Source of the DNA: a virus
Taxonomy: Duplodnaviria; Caudoviricetes
Direction: 5' to 3' (one strand)
DNA length: 54,869 nt
IMG/VR virus record: IMGVR_UViG_3300021371_000021
Coordinates: 1-54,869 of that record
Of the stretch, positions 27,600-33,698 are shown piece after piece. The notes beneath the pieces are model-generated. The model searched no databases. It had not been told where the DNA came from and worked only from the letters and a program-made list of their open reading frames with translations. A program made the position numbers and the translations under genes. Each line of letters opens with the position of its first letter. Position 1 is the stretch's first letter.

Positions 27600-28676
27600 T
27601 TACAGTTTAGTCTGGACTAAACTGTATGTTGCCCCATAACTGTTTACTGGTTTCTGTGGCAGAGGTATATTCAAATACTTCTGGTTAGGGTTGGGCTTAA
27701 CTTCACCCACTGGTAGTACGACCTCGCTGAGGATGGCATTGGAATACCCTCGCTTCAAAATATCATCTATCGTCTGGTGTATATGTTTGGGGTTGTAGTG
27801 AAACATAGCCTCCCTGTGCACAGTGGACCACGCCTTAGACATCGTCAAAGTAGCGCAGATGTCTAGCATGTCTGCCCAGTCCTCGATAACGTCACTCCGC
27901 ATTATGTTGCAGAAGGTAGACACTGTGTCTGGGTCGGGGAACGAACTCCTGTTTATGTTATACCTAGAGCGGTGAGGGTCGGTATGCTCCCTTACGTGCT
28001 TGTCTATTATCTTGCTGTTGTATTCGTAACCGCTTACCTGAGTATCCGCAGGATAAGCCACCTTCACCATAGCTTTTGCGTACTTCAAGAAAGGTTGGTT
28101 GAGTCTGCGTACCTCATTCATAGCCTTGCGGTTAATCCTATGAACAATCGCTCTCTCAGGTGTTATGGGTAGCCTGTCTTTACCTAGCACTATACTGCTT
28201 TCCCATAAGTGTTTACTGGTTTCCTTGTCAGACATACCTTCTCTAGTCTGGTAGTTCTGGTCAAAGGTTGAATACACACCTGCTCTCGTACTGGGCAGGT
28301 CATATATAGACACACCGCTGTTGTATAGTCCTTTAGGGGCTTCGGCTACACCACCAAAGGGTTGGATGATTGTGTTAATAAACGTTCTGGTGCTTAGTGT
28401 CATATAATCTTCAGCAGAAAGTCTAACTGTTCCATCTGAGTAGAAGTTCACACAGTCTGTCCCGTACAACCTGCATCGTATAACGTCTACCTCTTGACCT
28501 GACTGGTGGGTCTTACCTTTGCGTATAGTCATATGGGTTAGCCGTCTTTCACCCAATGGTCTTTTGCCTGCGTTTTTACCGTTACCTCGGATGGGTACAA
28601 CCCCACGCCAATGTCTCTCAGCCTGTTCGTAATCACGCAATGCCGGTAAACTATCTGTCTTCACATAATATCCCAT
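27600..28676 (-). CDS. early hypothetical protein
   Basis: PIRG...PLGERR...CRLYGTD pattern; ATG at 28676 has SD aaggag. Confidence 0.75.
   Translation of the reverse strand: MGYYVKTDSLPALRDYEQAERHWRGVVPIRGNGKNAGKRPLGERRLTHMTIRKGKTHQSGQEVDVIRCRLYGTDCVNFYSDGTVRLSAEDYMTLSTRTFINTIIQPFGGVAEAPKGLYNSGVSIYDLPSTRAGVYSTFDQNYQTREGMSDKETSKHLWESSIVLGKDRLPITPERAIVHRINRKAMNEVRRLNQPFLKYAKAMVKVAYPADTQVSGYEYNSKIIDKHVREHTDPHRSRYNINRSSFPDPDTVSTFCNIMRSDVIEDWADMLDICATLTMSKAWSTVHREAMFHYNPKHIHQTIDDILKRGYSNAILSEVVLPVGEVKPNPNQKYLNIPLPQKPVNSYGATYSLVQTKL
27603..27624. repeat. 22-bp palindrome, copy 3 (dyad extends over 27601-27626; overlaps the last codons of the CDS)
   Basis: tacagtttagtctggactaaactgta. Confidence 0.95.
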
Positions 28677-28677
28677 A

Positions 28678-28842
28678 CTATTTCTCCTTGTCGTTTGATT
28701 GAATCTCAAGCCATTGCTTAAGATGTTTAGGGTCGTGCTTTGCTAATTCGTCACGTAGTTCTCTCTTGCGGTTAGCCTCCTCTGCTAGTTTGTCGTTACG
28801 CTTGATACGTAGAGCTACCATAGCGTCGATAAAGTTACTCAT
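28678..28842 (-). CDS. hypothetical protein
   Basis: ATG at 28842 with SD gaggag and ATGA coupling. Confidence 0.65.
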   Translation of the reverse strand: MSNFIDAMVALRIKRNDKLAEEANRKRELRDELAKHDPKHLKQWLEIQSNDKEK

Positions 28843-29042
28843 ACGTGTTGCTCCTCTTCTGGCTTCAAAAAGTCCTGTAACAATTTTGGATCTGCACTCC
28901 ACAGCAACCCTGCAATGGCAGTCCAGTCGTTTGTATCGTATCTCGTCATCTCATCACTTGCGTCACGATAAATCTGTTCTACAACTGCGTTCACCAACCT
29001 TTTATGTGCAATAACATTTACGAAGTTAGAGTTACTCATCAT
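28839..29042 (-). CDS. hypothetical protein
   Basis: SD aggag upstream. Confidence 0.65.
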   Translation of the reverse strand: MMSNSNFVNVIAHKRLVNAVVEQIYRDASDEMTRYDTNDWTAIAGLLWSADPKLLQDFLKPEEEQHV

Positions 29043-29244
29043 CGTTCTCCTGATTTAATTTATGTGCTAAGTACGCACCTATAGTTAGTAGCTCGTCCTC
29101 GTTCATATCTAATACCTCAGCGATTGCATCAGATGCTACCACCAGACCTATCCTTGCTATCTCTTCAATAACCAACGAATCAATATCATTGTTAACAGCC
29201 CATTGAGTCCAAGCATCAGTTACTCGCATTTCTTTACTCATCAT
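29032..29244 (-). CDS. hypothetical protein
   Basis: SD aggag before ATG at 29244. Confidence 0.65.
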   Translation of the reverse strand: MMSKEMRVTDAWTQWAVNNDIDSLVIEEIARIGLVVASDAIAEVLDMNEDELLTIGAYLAHKLNQENDDE

Positions 29245-29251
29245 CGTTCTC

Positions 29252-29416
29252 CTATAGAAATACAATTACAGTTAACAACCATACAAACGTAACAACTGCG
29301 ATACCGGCAACACCTACACCAACAGCTAGCAGTGGCTTTACCCACCGCGACGTTCGCGCCCATCGGTACATGTCATGCGGGTCGTGCGTGTTGTATCTGT
29401 CTTTGAAGTCTTTCAT
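29252..29416 (-). CDS. 54-aa predicted membrane protein (not in ORF track)
   Basis: MKDFKDRYNTHDPHDMYRWARTSRWVKPLLAVGVGVAGIAVVTFVWLLTVIVFL; SD ggagg. Confidence 0.7.
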   Translation of the reverse strand: MKDFKDRYNTHDPHDMYRWARTSRWVKPLLAVGVGVAGIAVVTFVWLLTVIVFL

Positions 29417-29436
29417 TAGCCTTCCTCCGTAGGTTG

Positions 29437-29458
29437 CAGTTTAGTCTGGACTAAACTG
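29437..29458. repeat. 22-bp palindrome, copy 4
   Basis: cagtttagtctggactaaactg. Confidence 0.95.
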
Positions 29459-29467
29459 GTTTGGGTG

Positions 29468-29677
29468 TTACCGTTCATAACGCTTGGGATTGATTTGCTT
29501 CACGACATCCAAAGCATCGCTGTTAGTGAACGCCATGTAGCCTTGTTTATGCAGGGGGATAACAGTGTGCTTGTGTTGTCTAGCTACTGCCTCTCCGCAT
29601 TGCAAGCAGGATTGATAGCCTAGGTCTGCTCTAGCAGTGGGGAAGGGGGCATCGCAATAGATACACAGGTTTGTCAT
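29468..29677 (-). CDS. small CxxC...CxxC zinc-finger protein
   Basis: CIYC...RADLGYQSCLQCG; SD ggag. Confidence 0.75.
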   Translation of the reverse strand: MTNLCIYCDAPFPTARADLGYQSCLQCGEAVARQHKHTVIPLHKQGYMAFTNSDALDVVKQINPKRYER

Positions 29678-29705
29678 ACTGTTAGCTCCATGAATAAAAG
29701 GTTAC

Positions 29706-29727
29706 CAGTTTAGTCCAGACTAAACTG
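29706..29727. repeat. 22-bp palindrome, copy 5
   Basis: cagtttagtccagactaaactg (reverse complement of copies 3 and 4). Confidence 0.95.
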
Positions 29728-29766
29728 CTGTCTGAAAGTGAGACGAATTCCCACCAAACAGTATAT

Positions 29767-29795
29767 ATTATATCACGGCTACTATACAATGTCAA
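29767..29795 (-). promoter_or_regulatory. consensus sigma70 promoter TTGACA-17-TATAAT
   Basis: Minus strand ttgacattgtatagtagccgtgatataat, with an A/T-rich tract upstream. Confidence 0.9.
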
Positions 29796-29858
29796 GTGGT
29801 AACGCTCCAAATAAAAAATTAAATTCTGTGCGCTGGGGTAAACATTAACAGTTTGCAA

Positions 29859-30183
29859 TGTTACAAAATGGGGCTTTGTTACATTTGTAAAACAGGTTTG
29901 TAACAATAAACGTAACAATAGAAACGCCCGTAAATACTGGGCTGTGTTACAAAGTTACCTGTATTGTTATAATGTTACATAAAATAATATATATATATAG
30001 GACTCTTGAACTTTGTAACACTGCTAGGACTTTTGCTTTGTTACAAGCTCACTCTATCTAGTATCCCCATACGTTACTTTTAAGACGTAACATTGTAACA
30101 ATACAAGCATTGTTATATATATCATAGGTTTACTTAGCCAAGCTAATGTTACACCTTAGACAAACACTTACATAAACGTAACA
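29859..30183. repeat. GTAACA/TGTTAC iteron array around a (TA)n tract; candidate replication origin
   Basis: 12 exact hexamers in both orientations within 325 bp of non-coding AT-rich DNA. Confidence 0.75.
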
Positions 30184-30323
30184 ATAGGTAGCTAGCTCGT
30201 AAGCTACTATCATAAGAACTACTATCATCTCACGATTGAGATGATATATAAGTAGAGTAGTTAGGGTGGGTGAGTTTGTCAGAAGGGGGGAGGAAGGGGG
30301 GAGGGGAGTAGAAACTCGAGGCG

Positions 30324-30347
30324 AAAAAAAACCGCCCGAAGGCGGTT
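30324..30347 (-). terminator. rho-independent terminator with UUCG loop
   Basis: Minus strand aaccgcc-ttcg-ggcggtt followed by a T run. Confidence 0.9.
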
Positions 30348-30358
30348 TGGTAAGAGAT

Positions 30359-30374
30359 GCGCCCCGAAGGGCGC
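30359..30374 (-). other. C(UUCG)G hairpin just after the stop codon
   Basis: Minus strand gcgccc-ttcg-gggcgc. Confidence 0.8.
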
Positions 30375-30381
30375 GTGAAGG

Positions 30382-31092
30382 TTAAACAAGGGCTGTGAGT
30401 AATTCCGCGACAGTCATTTTTCTCGGCGCGTCGATAAGCTTGCTTCTCTCGATTCGCTCGATCGCGGTTAGCAATGCCATGCGCAACGGTTCGGCTCGCT
30501 TGTCTCTCGATAGATCGGAAAGCTCCTCTTTGATTTCCGTGAGCTTTGATTTGAAAATACCTCGGCAGGTTTCCAAAGCATCGACCTTACCCTGAGCTTC
30601 TTTTTCGGAAGCTTTGTCTTCATTGGCTTTGGCTAAGGCTAGCTCGGCTTTGGCAATTTTTAAGTCGTTAACAACGGCTTTCTGCTCTTCGATGTACTCT
30701 ATCTTTTCTTGTTTGAGTTTATCAACCCGCAATTCCGATTCGGTTTTCTCTTTCGGTTCGACCGGCTCAGGTTTTTTGAGAGTCTTCCCAAAGTAGGCGT
30801 GCTGATAAGCTTGCCAACAAGAAGCGTACTTTGTGTTTACTGCTTGGATAATCGCGGCTAGCTCCTCGGCTTTCTCAAGTGACAGCCCGCATTTATCCGC
30901 GGCTTTCTGCTTTGTTTCTAGCTTGGTGTCCTCTCGGAATGCATTACAGCTGAGTCCGCCGTTAGCCGTCGTGTTGACAGCGTCCTCACCATAGCGATCG
31001 GCTAGCGTTTTCATTACCTCGGCTAATGCCAGCGTTTTGTTCTCATACGTTTCTATTATTATCTTAATCATTTCAGTAGTGAATTTATTCAT
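30382..31092 (-). CDS. monocistronic early coiled-coil protein of unknown function
   Basis: 236 aa, with its own consensus promoter and terminator. Confidence 0.75.
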   Translation of the reverse strand: MNKFTTEMIKIIIETYENKTLALAEVMKTLADRYGEDAVNTTANGGLSCNAFREDTKLETKQKAADKCGLSLEKAEELAAIIQAVNTKYASCWQAYQHAYFGKTLKKPEPVEPKEKTESELRVDKLKQEKIEYIEEQKAVVNDLKIAKAELALAKANEDKASEKEAQGKVDALETCRGIFKSKLTEIKEELSDLSRDKRAEPLRMALLTAIERIERSKLIDAPRKMTVAELLTALV

Positions 31093-31102
31093 AAGCTTGT
31101 AT

Positions 31103-31124
31103 CAGTTTAGTCTAGACTAAACTG
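31103..31124. repeat. 22-bp palindrome, copy 6 (perfect)
   Basis: cagtttagtctagactaaactg equals its own reverse complement. Confidence 0.97.
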
Positions 31125-31163
31125 CGTTCTCCTTTTAAGGTTATGTGGAAGTCCCACGCTTCC

Positions 31164-31192
31164 ATTATAACACATCTATTGGACATTGTCAA
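31164..31192 (-). promoter_or_regulatory. consensus sigma70 promoter TTGACA-17-TATAAT with extended -10 TG
   Basis: Minus strand ttgacaatgtccaatagatgtgttataat. Confidence 0.9.
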
Positions 31193-31463
31193 GTTACCCC
31201 TAAAATACCCCCTTCCCTACCCTAGGACCCCACCCGTGGGGGGGACACCCAATGCCTAGACAAGCAGTACCACTGGCCCATACATAATAATACGCTCATT
31301 ATATCACAACTTTTCACAGTTCTTCTTAACAACTCTATGTAAATCAATGACTTACCCCCACCCCCTTTTTTCTGTACCCGTCTGGCTCGCACCCCACCCC
31401 CTCGCACACAGGAATACCCCCCGTCAAGGGACCCAAACTCCCTATTTCAATCCGTATTATAAT

Positions 31464-31513
31464 TTCCAACCTTCTCCAACCTTTTCCACCCTTTTCAACT
31501 CCTTTCAATTCTC
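31464..31513 (+). repeat. degenerate 10-bp tandem repeat x5
   Basis: ttccaacctt ctccaacctt ttccaccctt ttcaactcct ttcaattctc. Confidence 0.7.
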
Positions 31514-31585
31514 CTTGCGGTATTGCGTCTGCTATGCTAATGCCGTACACTCCGCCCAACACGGTATCACTACCTGCGAAAACAT

Positions 31586-32188
31586 ATGCCCAATGTAAAG
31601 ATCGAACCTACAAAGGACAAACCTCTCCCCTATGATTTGCGTGGGGACAAAGCCACAACTACTTTAGAAAAAATGGCGGTTGCTGGTAACACTGTAGAAC
31701 TACAGGAAGCGTTAGGCGCTGTACTAGACGTGTCTAGTGCTGACCTAGAGAAAGAAAAAAGCCTTATAGAGCAGGCCGTCAAACGCAATAAAGCCAAGAA
31801 CCTATCTAAGCCAAACACAGCTTTTGCTGCAGCAGCATTTCTGCGTACCTATGGACAGCAGTTGGCAATGGATGCAGCCGAGGCACGAGCTGCCATAACT
31901 AACAAGTTAATGGAACTGGCAAATTGCGGTGATGCACGGTATGAGTTAAAAGCACTAGAGTTACTAGGTAAGCACAGTGATATAGGTATATTCACTGAAC
32001 GTAGTGAGATAACTATAAAGTATAAAGATCCTGATGATCTTGAGAATGAGATTAAGGAGCGAGTTAAGCGGTTGCTCAATGCGAATGTGGTAGAGACGGT
32101 GTCTTTAGATGAGTCGCTGGACGACATATTAGATGGGGGCGAAGAAGACGAGGAGGATGAGAATGACGAGCAAGACATCTCCATTTGA
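31586..32188 (+). CDS. putative terminase small subunit
   Basis: Directly upstream of TerL; ELKALELLGKH..IGIF motif; acidic tail. Confidence 0.65.
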   Translation: MPNVKIEPTKDKPLPYDLRGDKATTTLEKMAVAGNTVELQEALGAVLDVSSADLEKEKSLIEQAVKRNKAKNLSKPNTAFAAAAFLRTYGQQLAMDAAEARAAITNKLMELANCGDARYELKALELLGKHSDIGIFTERSEITIKYKDPDDLENEIKERVKRLLNANVVETVSLDESLDDILDGGEEDEEDENDEQDISI

Positions 32189-33698
32189 TAACATCTCTCT
32201 CAAGGACATACCGACTATACTACCCCTGTTGTCGATGGCAGAGCAGGAGCAGTTATTAGCCCAGCTAAGTCACTTAGAGAAACTGAAGCACAAGAGTCTT
32301 GTGCAGGATAAGTTTATTGAGTTTGTTAAATATGTATGGCCTACGTTTATTAGTGGTAGACACCACAGTATTATGGCTGAAGCGTTTGAGCGTGTTGCTA
32401 GTGGGGACTGTAAGCGCCTCATTATTAATATGCCTCCTCGTCATACTAAGTCTGAGTTTGCTAGTTATCTACTGCCTGCTTGGTTTCTGGGAAAGTATCC
32501 ACACAAGAAGGTTATCCAAACGTCGCATACGGCAGAACTGGCGGTAGGTTTCGGACGAAAGGTTCGTAACCTCGTGGACCAAGAGAATTACAACGAGGTG
32601 TTTCCTGAGTTAGCTCTACAAAGTGACTCAAAGGCAGCAGGACGGTGGAACACTAATAAGGGTGGGGATTACTTTGCGATTGGTGTAGGCGGTGCGGTAA
32701 CTGGTAAAGGTGCGGACTTGTTGATTATTGACGACCCACACTCAGAGCAAGAAGCAGCACTGGCTGAGATTAATCCTGACATCTACGACAAGACTTACGA
32801 GTGGTATACATCAGGACCACGACAGAGACTTCAGCCCGGTGGAGCTATTGTAGTGGTAATGACTCGTTGGAGTCTGCGGGATCTGACCGCTAAAGTTATA
32901 AAAGCAGCCGCTCAACGTGGAGGTGACGAGTGGGAAGTCATTGAGTTTCCCGCTATCATGCCGTCAGGCAATCCGCTATGGCCTGAGTTCTGGGCTAAAG
33001 AAGAGCTGTCGGCGCTCCAAGAAGAACTACCGAACAACAAGTGGATGGCGCAGTATCAGCAGAACCCGACATCTGAGGTGTCTGCTATCGTCAAACGTGA
33101 GTGGTGGCAAGTGTGGGAGGAAGAAGACCCACCACCTTGTGAATACATACTGATGGCGTGGGATACAGCATTCGAGAAAAACAGTAGAGCTGACTACTCA
33201 GCTATGACGGTATGGGGTGTGTTCTACCAACCGGATGATGCTGGAGTAACTCAGGCTAATATTATAATGCTCAATGCCTTCCGAGACAGGATGGAGTTCC
33301 CGAAACTCAAGAAGGTAGCTATAGAGCAGTACGACAGTTGGCAACCGGACTCATGTATTGTGGAGAAGAAAGCATCAGGTGCACCACTCATCTACGAGAT
33401 GCGAGCAATGGGTATTCCCGTACAGGAGTTTACGCCGACGCGAGGTAATGACAAAATAACGAGACTTAACTCCGTGTCGGATCTTTTCGCTTCTGGCATG
33501 GTGTGGTCACCGAACAGGCACTGGGCTGAAGAAGTTATTGACGAGGTTGCTAGTTTCCCGGCGGGGGAGCATGATGACTACGTGGATTCTGTGTCACTAG
33601 CCCTGATGCGGTTTAGAAAAGGTGGGTTTATAAGGTTGCCTTCTGATGAAGCAGAGGAAGAGCAATACTTCAAGCAACGTAGAGGCGGGTACTACTAA
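32163..33698 (+). CDS. terL: terminase large subunit
   Basis: MPPRHTKS Walker A, LIIDDPH Walker B, MTRW, WDTA and HDDYVD nuclease motifs. Confidence 0.95.
   Translation: MTSKTSPFDNISLKDIPTILPLLSMAEQEQLLAQLSHLEKLKHKSLVQDKFIEFVKYVWPTFISGRHHSIMAEAFERVASGDCKRLIINMPPRHTKSEFASYLLPAWFLGKYPHKKVIQTSHTAELAVGFGRKVRNLVDQENYNEVFPELALQSDSKAAGRWNTNKGGDYFAIGVGGAVTGKGADLLIIDDPHSEQEAALAEINPDIYDKTYEWYTSGPRQRLQPGGAIVVVMTRWSLRDLTAKVIKAAAQRGGDEWEVIEFPAIMPSGNPLWPEFWAKEELSALQEELPNNKWMAQYQQNPTSEVSAIVKREWWQVWEEEDPPPCEYILMAWDTAFEKNSRADYSAMTVWGVFYQPDDAGVTQANIIMLNAFRDRMEFPKLKKVAIEQYDSWQPDSCIVEKKASGAPLIYEMRAMGIPVQEFTPTRGNDKITRLNSVSDLFASGMVWSPNRHWAEEVIDEVASFPAGEHDDYVDSVSLALMRFRKGGFIRLPSDEAEEEQYFKQRRGGYY

Noticed and set aside
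23624-31124. The 22-bp palindromes as a CRISPR array or integron attC sites
   Set aside because: Spacing is 0.27-2.7 kb and contains whole genes. There is no cas operon or integrase in the window and no attC R-box pattern.
31515-31545. Late promoter upstream of terS
   Set aside because: TTGCGG/TTGCGT and TATGCT are present but not at a 16-18 bp spacing, so I cannot support the call.
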